A DNA stretch of 64,000 nucleotides from Octopus sinensis (Eukaryota): assembly GCF_006345805.1 (NCBI RefSeq), contig NC_042997.1:22754001-22818000 (forward strand). The letters run 5' to 3'. The notes beneath the pieces are model-generated. The model was not told where the DNA came from and searched no databases. It was given only the letters and a program-made list of their open reading frames with translations. Positions within the stretch are counted from its first letter, which is position 1; each line of letters begins with the position of its first letter. The position numbers were made by a program, and so were the translations under genes. Positions 1 to 10,787 of the stretch are shown here, piece by piece.

Positions 1-83
1 ATACTGAATGACATAATAGTCCAGTGGCTGACTACATTATCTTTCTAACTTGAGCTTTAACACAAAGCTATACTATTTATATA

Positions 84-1295
84 CATGGTGCATAAGATAT
101 TTGAGAACATACCTTTTTCAGGTCATTGCTGCATTTTTTGCTAACTCTGTATAATCTTTGTTTCAGAAAATAATAATGGTAGACCCTCAGCTTAATCAAG
201 AAAGGAAGTGGATGTTGTTATAAAGGCTGAGCATAGTGATTTAGAAATATCTCAATTTTTAAAAGTTGCCAGATGTTTCATCTACAAAGTTCGTAAGGAG
301 CTAGAGACTGAAGATGGAAATGTATCACCAGTATCAAAGCATAAAAAGCATTCTAAACACTCTGAAATCATCAGAACACTTGAATTTATCCAGCAAGATC
401 AACAGACCAGAAAGTCCATGAGGTCAATTGCAAAAGATTTCTCTGTGTCAGAAGGACAATCAGAAATGTTGTCCACGGAGACATCAGATATGTTTTATAT
501 GATGAGGAAAGGTCAATTTATCATAAAAAGCAAAAGGAAATCACTACAACAGATCTAAAAGGCTCTTAAACAAACTGAAAATTCCAGTAGATTTGATTTG
601 GTTTTTCTCAAGAAAAACGCCAACCAAGATCAAAAAGTTAACAGAAGAAATGACAGATAGTTGTGTAGACCCTTCTGAACTTCCAAGTGTTATGCATACC
701 TAATTTCCTGCAACTGTCATGGTTTTATTGGTTGTCAGCAATGAAGGACATGTAATACCTCCTTACTTCTTTCTACAAGGCCTTATAGTTAACTCTGCTG
801 CCTACATTGAGGTCCTGAAAATAATTGTTAAGCCCTGGATAGACAGTGTATGCAATGGAAGGCCATATGTATTTCAGTAAGACTCTGTACTATCACACAT
901 GGCTCTAGTAACACAAGAATGGATGGCTGAAAATTTTCATGATCACACAGCCCCTAACATTTGGCCTCTTAATTCCCCAGATTTCAATCTAGTGGACTAT
1001 ATGTGCAGCATTGTTAAGAGAGAGGTCAATGAGCACACCCATAACACCAAAGATTCTTTGAAAGCAGCCATAGTCAGAGTAATGTCCAAAATGAACCAGG
1101 ACCACTTGATTCGAGCATGTAGATGATTTAGATCTCATATAGAAGCAGATGTTGAAGCTGAAGATGGCTTTATTGAATAACATTATAGAAAAGAAGGTTT
1201 ATTATCCTCATAGCATTTTTTGATAAATAAAGTTATGTTATTTTATGTTTTTTTATACACATAAATCTGTCCTCAAATATCTTACGCACCGTCTG
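84..1295 (+). mobile_element. Tc1/mariner superfamily, maT (DD37D) transposon, near full length but inactivated
   Basis: Imperfect TIRs: CATGGTGCATAAGATATTTGAGAACA at 84 and TGTCCTCAAATATCTTACGCACCGTCTG ending ~1295. Broken transposase frames 208-558 and ~860-1180. In FQ*DSVLSH...WPLNSPDFNLVDY I count 37 residues between the 2nd and 3rd catalytic Asp. Stops and frameshifts present. Confidence 0.85.
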
Positions 1296-1820
1296 TCTGT
1301 ATGTATATATATACATACACACACAAATACCAAATCCCATTTCTTCAACATAATGCAATGTCTATCATTATTTATGGCTTTGAATTATAGTAAATGTTTC
1401 TCCAAACTGAAATTTTTCCATTTCTATCATCTGTAATTTAATTCCATTTTTATTAATTGGAAACCTGAATTCCATCACTTCCTTTACTAGTTTTGTTGTT
1501 GTTATTTCTCAAAAATATATTAAAAATAATGTACACTTCTGTGTTGTACAAACAAAATTTGTCATTTTAGCATCTTTCCAATGCTGGCATGGACTGACTG
1601 GTTTTCACTACCCATTATGATTCCAAATAATCTCATCCATGAGTCGGGTCATTAATCACAGATCTGGCATCATTACTTCCCTCCACATCTACTGAATATG
1701 TCTTCCCCTGTCATCATGTAACATATTTTCACTCAACACTCATTATACATTTACAATACGTGCACACAAGCATAGTAATTTCTCTCTTACATACATGAAT
1801 TATAATAGAAAGTGCCTTAC

Positions 1821-2550
1821 TTGTGTGTACCCAGTTCAACAGCATGATCCCATTTTATTTTCATTTTGTTAGCTACCACACTGTTGTGAAGTATAGATAC
1901 CGAGAATTTGAAACGATCTGATGCAAACAAATCTGATTCTATAATAACAAGTTCAGAAATAGATTTATTTCTAGTTAACAGTATGGCTGGTTTATTTGGT
2001 TCTTGATAATATTTTGTTTCATTGCAATCACTTGAATTTAAGATTTCTTCAATTCTCTTATACTTTAAGGATCTCAAAGCATCAATATATGCCAACTTCT
2101 GAGTTTCTTCTTCAGAAACAGATTTTCCAAAACCAATGGCTAAACTTCCAAGTTTAAGTATTCCTTCTTTTTCAATGTAGCCCTTCCTAACATTATAATC
2201 CAAAAAGAAAGTGCAATGTGTAGCATGAAGAGCTCGATCAAGACACATAATGGCTGAATTGTATGTAAATTCTTTGTCACTTAAGTAATGCTGTAACTTT
2301 CTGAGAGAGACTCTCAAAGATGCCATTTCTAGATTGGAGTTGGCTTCAGAAGAGTCCCTCTTCATTGGAGGATATTCAACAGGGTAGCTATACTTTTCAT
2401 TCAAGCGATCGCTTGGATATAATGAGTCACGATGCTCATTTTTAAAATATTTATTTTCAGGTGGCAGATTATAAGAAGATCGTACAATTCTGGTATCAAG
2501 TGGTCTTTTCATCCCATCATTTCTAGACTGAAGAAAACTGGAGCGCATAT
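1821..2550 (-). CDS. Large internal exon of an NKRF/CDKN2AIP-like protein (two dsRBD-like repeats); gene continues past the left edge
   Basis: Acceptor ttatttgtag|AT at 2551/2550, donor AA|gtaagg at 1821/1820, 730 nt open. ELVIIE...SILHNSVVANKMKIKW resembles the recalled NKRF motif NFVITEN...ILNNSASFNKMSIEY. SAIMCLDRAL...GFGKS...QKLAYIDALRSLK resembles a second such repeat. Confidence 0.65.
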
Positions 2551-3612
2551 CTACAAATAAATAAATAAAAATAAGAGGATGAATTATATCTTATCACAAA
2601 TAATACAGCAAAAATTAGAATAAGTTATTTGTTTATTCTTAGCATGAACAAAACATTTTCTAACATAGACAATTGCAATTGGCTGACTTATCAAGGTACT
2701 TACATTATTTATCATTTTTACATTCTAACTTTTAAAAGCACCTTGTCAAATTGATTGGGTGTCAAATACTAACTGAACAGTTGTTGGTTGATATCACTGA
2801 CACTCACTCAACGAAGCTGTAAATAAATGTAGGGCTCCCAAATGTATGGACATACTTCATAATCAATAAATGCGCTAATTTGCAGAGTTAGCAACGTAAC
2901 TTCTAGGAACTAAGCAAAATAAGAGAAGGCTATCAGTTGATCTCAGATCTGTGCCCTTAATTGTTTTAGTCATCTGACCACTGGATCTGGGATCCCCTAT
3001 TGGTACTTTCAATACCAACCCAACCAAAACCACCCAAAAATTATTTTGGCTTCTTTTACCAACCTGTCCCAAAATGCTCAAAATAACCTTTGCAAACTCA
3101 AATGAGAATTTCAATAGAAATCTAATTACTATGTTCATGAAAATCCAATGCTTCATTAGATAAACAATTGATACACAATTTTCTGAAGTAGTAGAAAGAT
3201 TACCAAAATATACAAGCATAACTGTGTGATAGAGAATTGAAATTAATATCCAATAGTGGAAATAGTGATTCCAACAACAGCTCTGATAATGATAATGAAA
3301 GCAATGCAACCAACTGCAAGCTTGAACAGATGCAGAAAGCAATTACAGGCAGGCTATTCAGCAAAAATAAATAGCCTTTGAGAGAGAGAGAGAGAGAGAG
3401 AGAGGCAAAAGCTTGCCAGTGGGATAATCCTCGAAATTCAGCTAATCTCTATAAATAGATATTAGAAAGAAAAAAAAAGAATGGATGCCAACATCAAAAG
3501 GAAAGCTCCTAGTGTGTAGTCAGCTGAAATGCCTTTCCAATGTGTATTCTACAAGAGTTGCTCTATACAGAGTGGTATGCTATACAAGTTTCCAGACAGG
3601 AAGACTGTATAA

Positions 3613-3614
<2 letters not shown>

Positions 3615-3666
<52 letters not shown>

Positions 3667-3680
3667 GAAAGAGAGAGAGA
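3615..3680. repeat. Compound (TG)n(TA)n(GA)n microsatellite
   Basis: Read directly; a (GA)n run also lies at ~3379-3402. Confidence 0.95.
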
Positions 3681-4244
3681 ATTTAATTTTTATAAAATAC
3701 TTTTTCAAACTTACCTCCTTATATATATTTTATTCACCAGTAATTTTAATTTATCAGTAAGATGAGTGACAATTTCTAATTTATATTTGTGAATCATTGT
3801 GTATTTGCATGTAATTTTGCATAATTTTAAATTATCATGTATATGTGTATACATTTCAATCGCTAAGTTTTCTTCAGTCATAAATTCCAGTAGCTTGTTT
3901 TATTCTACCTTTATGACAGACTTGTTTTATGTGCATTTTAGTATAACTGAAAACTCATAGTCTGCATTATTGTTTCTTTTTAGTTCTCTACCACTCAGAT
4001 GAATTTTATCTAATAACTTATTTTCTATAGTGATTTTAAAACAAAATTTTAATAATTTTATATTTTCCTGAATTTACCCATATCTTCAAGTAATAAAGTC
4101 AGGTGTGAGAGAAAAATTATGCAATAAATTTATTTAAGAACTTTTTTTGTATTCCAAAACCCATATTTATATAAAGTTATAGTTGTTTTATGAAACTAGT
4201 TCAAGTTATTTTAGAACACAGAGTGTTTAGTTAGAAATATAATA

Positions 4245-4462
4245 ATGGTTTCAAATTTTGGTACAAGGCCAGAAATTCTGGGAGAGAGGATAAGTCGATT
4301 ACATTGACCCCAGTGCTTAACTGGTACTTATTTTGACAACCCCAAAAAGATTAAAAGCAAAGTCAACCCCAGGGGCAATTAAACTGAGAACATAATAAAG
4401 TCAGAAGAAATGCCACTAAGCATTTTGTCCAATATGGTAACAATTCTGCCAGGACACCACCT
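4245..4462 (-). mobile_element. Octopus tRNA-type SINE (central domain reminiscent of MetaSINEs), diverged
   Basis: GATAAGTCGATTACATTGACCCCAGTGCTTAACTGGTACTTATTT...GCAAAGTCAACC...CTAAGCATTTTGTCC. A related copy lies at ~28715-28855. Confidence 0.7.
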
Positions 4463-4598
4463 TAATTAGAAATATAATAAATGGGTTAAATAACTATGAA
4501 AAGCTTAAGACTGGAAAGACTTAGTAGCTACAATAGCATATAATATTTGTGGGTTAAATTCACATGCAGATATTGCTTTAATCAACCGCTCCCTCTAT

Positions 4599-5349
4599 AA
4601 TTTAAGGCTTTGGACTGTGATAGAAATCAACATTAATCACACAATCTTCTGTAAATAGAGCAATCAGCAACAAAATCTTGTAGTTCAGTACTATTTTATT
4701 TTAGTTTAATATGCTAATAAAAAAAAAAGTAAGAAACACTTAACAGTGTTCATCAATATAATGTTCAAATTCTGTGTCTGTGTGAATAGATAAAAAAAAT
4801 GTAAAATGTAACAATAAGATACTTGATTTAAAAAAAGAGCCAATATATGCTTATGTAGAGATGCACATGCACTAACACAAAACATGCTTCTAATGAATGT
4901 GTGTATATATATGTATGTGTGTTTATTTATATATATATATATACACATGCACACACATATATATATATATATATATATTACACACACAAGCAGGCGCACA
5001 CATGTTCGTGTGAATGTTTACATTCTCTACAAATGGTGAATTCAGTTGATAATTCCTTTTTAACAAATTTGTACACTAGCTCTGCATTTTTGAAAAAGTA
5101 TTTAAAAAATTCTTTGCTTGAAAAACTAGTCACAAGAAGGGTTTCCAACTGCAATTTAAGGCTTTGGACTGTGATGGAAATCAACATTAATTACACAATT
5201 TTCTCCTGTAAATAAAGTGATCAGCAACAAAATCTTGTAGTTCAGTACTATTTTATTTTAGTTTAATATGCCATTAAAGAAAAAAGAAAAATCAGAAACA
5301 CTTAACTGTGTTCATCAATAATATAATGTTCAAATTCTGTGCCTGTGTG
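4599..5349 (+). repeat. Local direct duplication of ~190 bp (4599-4786 and 5153-5349), period 554 bp
   Basis: Both copies start AATTTAAGGCTTTGGACTGTGAT and share CAGCAACAAAATCTTGTAGTTCAGTACTATTTTATTTTAGTTTAATATGC. Confidence 0.9.
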
Positions 5350-5756
5350 TATTTTTCTACCCATGCTGTACAGAAAAACATGCAAAATTAATGAATGTAT
5401 GCATGTATGTATAGGTGTCTGAGGACATTACCCTCATGACCTTCCCAAGACTAGTGGGCAAAGGGTGAATGGGTATCTATGTATATATAATAATGAAAAA
5501 TATGGCACAGAAGGGCAACAAAGAAATTTACAAGAAAAAAGAACTGCATAAACCAATACAAACATGCTCCAACCCTCTGTCAGTTATTGATGAAATATCA
5601 TAATTTCAACTCCTTCCAACAAAATTCTGCAATTTGAGTGTACCAGCAACATGTGAGCTGCTGGGGTATAAACAAATGGACATGAAGAAAAAAGGACAGC
5701 AACAGAAGTTCAGTATTTTGACCAAATGGTAAATTAAGGAGTTCTGTGAAAGTAAT

Positions 5757-5880
5757 CATCATCATCATCATTTTAGCATCCACTTTCCTGCTGGCATGGG
5801 TTAGATGGTCTGACCATAACTGGTAAGCCAGAGAGCTGTACCAAGTATCAGTCTGATCTGGCTTGGTTTCTAATGCCAAC
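5757..5880 (-). mobile_element. 3'-terminal fragment of the RTE LINE family
   Basis: (ATC)n tail followed by CCACTTTCCTGCTGGCATGGGTTAGATGG, matching 7108-7260. Confidence 0.75.
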
Positions 5881-6106
5881 CACTAGGACTGCAATTTCAC
5901 TCGGCTTGATCATTTATCGCCTCTGTGAGATCCAACATTTGAGGATCATGTTTCAACCACCATGCCCCTTGTCTTACTGGGTCTACCTCTTTCACAGGCT
6001 CCCTTCACAGTCAAGAGGCAGGTAAAAAATACAAAACACGTACATGTGTATGAGTAAAACATTTTTAAACACAAAACATACACAAACATGTAAATACACA
6101 TGTATG

Positions 6107-6145
<39 letters not shown>

Positions 6146-6472
6146 TCAAAATTAGATTTAATTAGATGTGCATATAGGTGTGTGTGTGTGTTTGTCTACA
6201 TACATATAAACCCACACATGTGTATACATGTGGGAAGTGCACATATGTGTGTATCATCATTGTTACATTCATTTTTCTTTCCTTGCTGATATTAGTTGAA
6301 TGACACTGCCTGTGTCACTATCCTACAGTGAGATGCCCTTTCTAATAAAATCCGTTACTCCACACCATTGCACATTGAACCATCACAAGACAAAAGCATG
6401 TCATTACAAAAACAAATGAAAAACAGGTGAACACTGCAGGCACATAAACAGACATACAAACACATACCACAC

Positions 6473-6510
<38 letters not shown>

Positions 6511-6736
6511 CAAAAACGGGACTAGAATGCAAAACATCCAGACAAGTTAGGTGATACAAAAAAGGGACAACAAAAGATCCAGATAGACGATACAAAGAAA
6601 ACAAGAAGTTATTCGGAGTTTTCTTTCCTCAGTCGAGTTCCAGATTATCTTTGCAATTTCGGCTGTCCAGTTAAGGTGAACTATATGTATCTTCAGTTTG
6701 GTGTTTTAGACTACTCGGACATTCTGACATCTTCAT

Positions 6737-6890
6737 AAAAACCACCCTGTACACTCTGTGGAGTGGCTGGCATTAGGAAAGGCATCCAGCTGTAAAAACC
6801 ATGCTATAACAGACGATGGAGCCCCTTAGCAGTTCTGGTCAAATCATCTAACGCATGCCAGCATGGAAAACCGGATGGATGATGATGATG
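6737..6890 (+). mobile_element. 3'-terminal fragment of the RTE LINE family
   Basis: TACACTCTGTGGAGTGGCTGGCATTAGGAAAGGCATCCAGCTGTAAAA...GCATGGAAAACCGGATG(GAT)n. Confidence 0.8.
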
Positions 6891-7275
6891 AGTTAGAGGG
6901 ATAATTATATGGCCCCCTAAAAATATGAACTCATTCATATGTATTAAGTCATATGTAAATGAACTTCTGTCTATATGTATTAAATCTCAAAGATATTAGG
7001 CTTATGAGCACCTTTTCAGTAGTCAGAGATAAGGATTGAACCTACTAATTTCAATGTAATTTAATACATTACGATTTGCTCACATCCTCTTCTCACACAA
7101 CTGAGAAATCATCATCATCGTTTAACGTCCGCTTTCCATGCTAGCATGGGTTGGACGGTTCAACTGGGGTCTGGGGAGCCCGAAGGCTGCACCAGGCCAG
7201 TCAGATCTGGCAGTGTTTCTACAGCTGGATGCCCTTCCTAACGCCAACCACTCCGAGAGTGTAGTGGGTGATTTT

Positions 7276-7675
7276 ATGTGCCACCGACACAGGTGCCAGA
7301 CAAGGCTGGCGAACAGCCACGCTCGGATGGTGTTTTTATGTGCCACCGACACAGGTGCCAGACGAGGCTGGCAGACGGCCACGCTCGGATGGTGTTTTTA
7401 TGTGCCACCGACACAGGTGCCAGACGAGGCTGGCAGACGGCCACGCTCGAATGGTGTTTTTATGTGCCACCGACACAGGTGCCAGACGAGGCTGGCAGAC
7501 GGCCACGCTCGGATGGTGTTTTTATGTGCCACCAACACAGGTGCCAGACGAGGCTGGCAGACGGCCACGCTCGGACGGTGTTTGTTACGTGCCCACAGCA
7601 CGGAGGCCAGTCGATGCGGTACTGGCTACGGTCCCGTTCGGATGGTTTTCTTATGTGCCACCGGCACTGGTACCA
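7276..7675 (-). repeat. Tandem array of 62-nt units in the LINE 3' UTR (5 near-identical, 1 diverged, 1 partial)
   Basis: Unit (+ strand) ATGTGCCACCGACACAGGTGCCAGACGAGGCTGGCAGACGGCCACGCTCGGATGGTGTTTTT starts at 7276, 7338, 7400, 7462 and 7524. Confidence 0.97.
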
Positions 7676-7828
7676 CAAGGATACAAATTCCATTGATGTT
7701 CATCTATTTTGATTCGATTTGACTTTGATTTGATTTGCCTCAACAGGTCTTCTCAAGTGTCACAAGCAGGAAGGTATGCACAGGCGGACTGACTACGTCC
7801 CAGGTAGGGGCCACGGGTTATGGCTTCA

Positions 7829-8227
7829 CTAGTCTTGCCGGGTCTTCTCACGCACAGCATACTTCCATAGGTCTCGGTCTCTGGTCATTTCCATGGTGAG
7901 ACCTAATGTTCGAAGGTCGTGCTTCACCACCTCGTCCCAGGTTTTCCTGGGTCTACCTCTTCCACGGGTTCCCTCAACTGCTAGGGATTGGCACTTTCTC
8001 ACACACCTATCTTCATCCATTCTCGCCACATGACCATACCATCGCAATCGTCTCTCTTGCACGCAACAACTGATGCTTCTTAGGTACAACATTTCTCTTA
8101 GGGAACTAACACTCTGTCGAGTAAGTACACTGACATTACACATCCATCGGAGCATACTGGCTTCATTCCTCATGAGCTTACGCATGTCCTCAGCAGTCAC
8201 GGCCCATGTTTCACTGCCATGTAGCAT
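7829..8227 (-). pseudogene. Frameshifted C-terminal part of LINE ORF2
   Basis: MLHGSETWAVT...RLRWYGHVARM...GRGRPRKTW...DRDLWK, a typical RTE C-terminus in a different frame from 8211-10376. Confidence 0.9.
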
Positions 8228-10376
8228 TCACCAGCAGAGGTAAGAGCTCTCTAAACTTTGCCCAGGCTATTCTTATTCTAGCAGTTACACTCTCAGCGCA
8301 CCCACCCCCACTACTGACTTGGTCACCTAGATAACGGAAGCTATCAACTACTTCTAATTTTTCCCCCTGGAAAGTGACGGAAGTTGTTTTCTGCAGATTT
8401 TCGGAGGTCAATGCTCCCGAGCATCTGCCACATATAAAGACTATCTTCCCAGTTAGCCTACCTTTGACATTGCTGTACCTCTTATGTGTCCATAGCTTAC
8501 ACTGGGTACATCTTATAGAGTTTCTACCTACACCTTTTCTACAGATCGAGCAGGGCCATCTTCCTGAGGACATTTGTGGATTGCCTACCTTTCTACTTAT
8601 TATGACTTTGGTTTTAGCTAGGTTGACTCTAAGGCCCCTCGATTCTAAACCCTCCTTCCACACCTGGAACTTCTCCTCCAGTTCTGATAGTGACTCAGCA
8701 ATTAGAGCGAGGTCGTCAGCATAGAGGAGCTCCCAGGGGCAACCTGTCTTGAATTCCTCTGTTATTGCCTGGATGACTATGATAAATAGGAGGGGGCTGA
8801 GTACTGAACCCTGGTGGACCCCAACCTCTACTTTGAATTCTTCTGTGTACATGTTGCCAACCCTAACCTTGCTTACGGCATCTCTGTACATGGCTTGCAC
8901 AGCCCTCACCAGCCATTCATCTATCCCTAGTTTCCTCATTGACCACCAGATGAGGGATCGGGGGACCCTATCAAAGGCTTTCTCCATGTCAACGAAAGCC
9001 AGACACAGGGGCTTATCTTTGGCTAGGTATTTCTCCTGCAGCTGCCGTACCAGGAATATAGCATCAGTGGTGCTTTTCCCTGGCACAAACCCAAACTGCA
9101 TCTCATCTAAACTAACTCTCTCTCTAATTAGTTGGGCTATGACCCTCTCCGTAACCTTCATTACCTGATCCAACAGCTTGATACCTCTATAATTATTTGT
9201 ATCTAGGGCATCGCCTTTACCTTTGTAGCAGTTGACTAGTACGCTGCTACACCAGTCATTGGGTATGACTCCTTCGTGTATCACCTGGTTGACTATATGG
9301 GTGACTAGGTTGTAGCTGACACTGCCAGATATTTTGAGCATCTCTGCATTAATTCCCGATGGGCCTGGGGCTTTCCCTGTCTTCATGCTTCTAATTGCCT
9401 TAGCTACCACGGAACTATCAACTTGGATAGCTGGTCCCTCTGTTGGGTCAACATTCGGCAGACTCTCTTTATCCCATTCATTTTCTTTATTCAGCAACCT
9501 TTCATAGTGGCATCTCCAAACCTCTCTCTTTGCATCCTCATTTAGCGCAAGTGAACCATCATCCATGCGAACACACTTCTCTCCTACCACATCACGATTC
9601 TCTCTCACACACTGTCTTGCAACACGAAATACCTCAAGTCTTTCATCCTCACGGCACAGAACATTGGCAAATTTTTTCTCATCCGCTTCCCCTCTGGCTA
9701 AATAAACCTGTCTCCTAGCTTCCCTTCTGGCTGTCTGATACAATTCCCTGCTACCACCGTTCTTCCAGTCCTTCCAAGCCTGTCTCTTTTGTCTAATAGC
9801 CCTGTCAACCACAGTGTTCCACCACCATGTCACTCTGGGTTGAGATGGTACTTTGCTCCATCCACAGATCTGGTCAGTGGCTGTCAGCAGATTGTCCCGT
9901 AGAAATCTCCAGTTGTCTTCCACATTAAGTGAAGCTATATCCCCTTCTATTTCGTCAAAGGCTTCGAGTAGTATGTCTCTAAATTTCTGTCCATTTGCAG
10001 GATCTTTAAGCTTCCAGACCCTTCTCCTCCAAGCAGGTCTTCTTCTGGGCAACCATTTAGCTCTGATCCTGAAGTCGCTAACTACTAATCTATGTTGAAG
10101 AGTGCATTCTTCGCCTGGAAAGGTTTTGGCATTTATAATCAGCCCTCTTTCCCTTTTTCTGGCAAGGATGTAGTCGATCTGGCTGGTGTGTCTGCCAGAA
10201 CGGTAGGTGACTAGGTGAGAGGAGAGTTTCCTGAAGTTGGTATTGCAGACCATAAGGTCATTTGCATCACAGAACTCCAGCAGCCTGGTTCCCTCCTCAT
10301 TACGAGAGCCGAAACCGTAGCCTCCATGGACGCCATGGAAGCCCCCGACATGTCCATTGAAATCACCTGTAATCAA
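8211..10376 (-). CDS. LINE ORF2 (C-terminal half of endonuclease, reverse transcriptase, PHD-like CxxC finger), 721 codons without a stop
   Basis: Provided ORF track; catalytic YADD intact. Ends prematurely (LLVNATWQ*) at a frameshift near 8228. Confidence 0.9.
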   Translation of the reverse strand: MITGDFNGHVGGFHGVHGGYGFGSRNEEGTRLLEFCDANDLMVCNTNFRKLSSHLVTYRSGRHTSQIDYILARKRERGLIINAKTFPGEECTLQHRLVVSDFRIRAKWLPRRRPAWRRRVWKLKDPANGQKFRDILLEAFDEIEGDIASLNVEDNWRFLRDNLLTATDQICGWSKVPSQPRVTWWWNTVVDRAIRQKRQAWKDWKNGGSRELYQTARREARRQVYLARGEADEKKFANVLCREDERLEVFRVARQCVRENRDVVGEKCVRMDDGSLALNEDAKREVWRCHYERLLNKENEWDKESLPNVDPTEGPAIQVDSSVVAKAIRSMKTGKAPGPSGINAEMLKISGSVSYNLVTHIVNQVIHEGVIPNDWCSSVLVNCYKGKGDALDTNNYRGIKLLDQVMKVTERVIAQLIRERVSLDEMQFGFVPGKSTTDAIFLVRQLQEKYLAKDKPLCLAFVDMEKAFDRVPRSLIWWSMRKLGIDEWLVRAVQAMYRDAVSKVRVGNMYTEEFKVEVGVHQGSVLSPLLFIIVIQAITEEFKTGCPWELLYADDLALIAESLSELEEKFQVWKEGLESRGLRVNLAKTKVIISRKVGNPQMSSGRWPCSICRKGVGRNSIRCTQCKLWTHKRYSNVKGRLTGKIVFICGRCSGALTSENLQKTTSVTFQGEKLEVVDSFRYLGDQVSSGGGCAESVTARIRIAWAKFRELLPLLVNATWQ

Positions 10377-10458
10377 AATGTAAACAAGTATGTTCCTTGC
10401 AGCTAACTCATTTATATAATGATACGAAGTTCAATGCTAGTCAATTATTAAGTCAGCA

Positions 10459-10787
10459 ATCATCATCATCATCGTTTAACATCCGCTTTCCATGCTGGCA
10501 TGGGTTGGACAGTTTGACTGAGGACTGACGAGCCAGATGGCTGCACTAGGCTCCAATCTGATCTGGCAGAGTTTCTACAGCTGGATGCCCTACCTAACAC
10601 CAACCACTCCGAGAGTGTAGTGGGTGCTTTTATGTGCCACCGGCACGAGGGCCAATCAGGTGGTACTGGCAACGGCCACACTCAAATGGTGTTTTTTTAC
10701 GTGCCACCTGCACAGGAGCCAGTACTCACGCGCCACTGGTACAAGTGCCAGTAAGGCGACACTGGTAATGATCACGCTCGAATGGTG
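10459..10787 (-). mobile_element. 3' fragment of a related RTE with ~2 array units
   Basis: (ATC)n tail at 10459, conserved 3' block, then units with loops TACCACCTGA and TGTCGCCTTA (sense). Confidence 0.9.

Larger units (their letters stand above)
7108..10369 (-). mobile_element. Young 5'-truncated RTE-clade LINE: EN remnant, RT, Cys-rich finger, 3' UTR with tandem array, (GAT)n tail
   Basis: APE motifs GDFNGHVG and QIDYIL; RT motifs YRGIKLL, QFGF, GVHQGSVLSP, LYADD, FRYLG; RTE C-terminus RLRWYGHV...RGRGRPRKTW. Sequence runs continuously from the stop at 7829 to the tail at 7108. No clear TSD. Confidence 0.95.

Noticed and set aside
2875-3342. 155-aa minus-strand ORF
   Set aside because: No motif, atypical composition, no usable splice pattern; likely antisense of a decayed TE.
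7276-7675. CRISPR array
   Set aside because: Eukaryotic context, no cas genes, units are tandem with related loops rather than unique spacers, and the array is embedded in a LINE 3' UTR.
7122-7722. Several overlapping ORFs with repeated peptides (CHRHRCQTRL...)
   Set aside because: By-products of a stop-poor 62-nt repeat, on the antisense strand of a UTR.
8374-10406. Plus-strand ORFs overlapping the LINE
   Set aside because: Antisense shadows of ORF2 with no recognisable motifs.
10340-10460. HDV-like or twister ribozyme at the RTE 5' end
   Set aside because: The element is truncated inside the endonuclease domain, so the 5' UTR is absent, and I could not fit either fold to the 3' array units.
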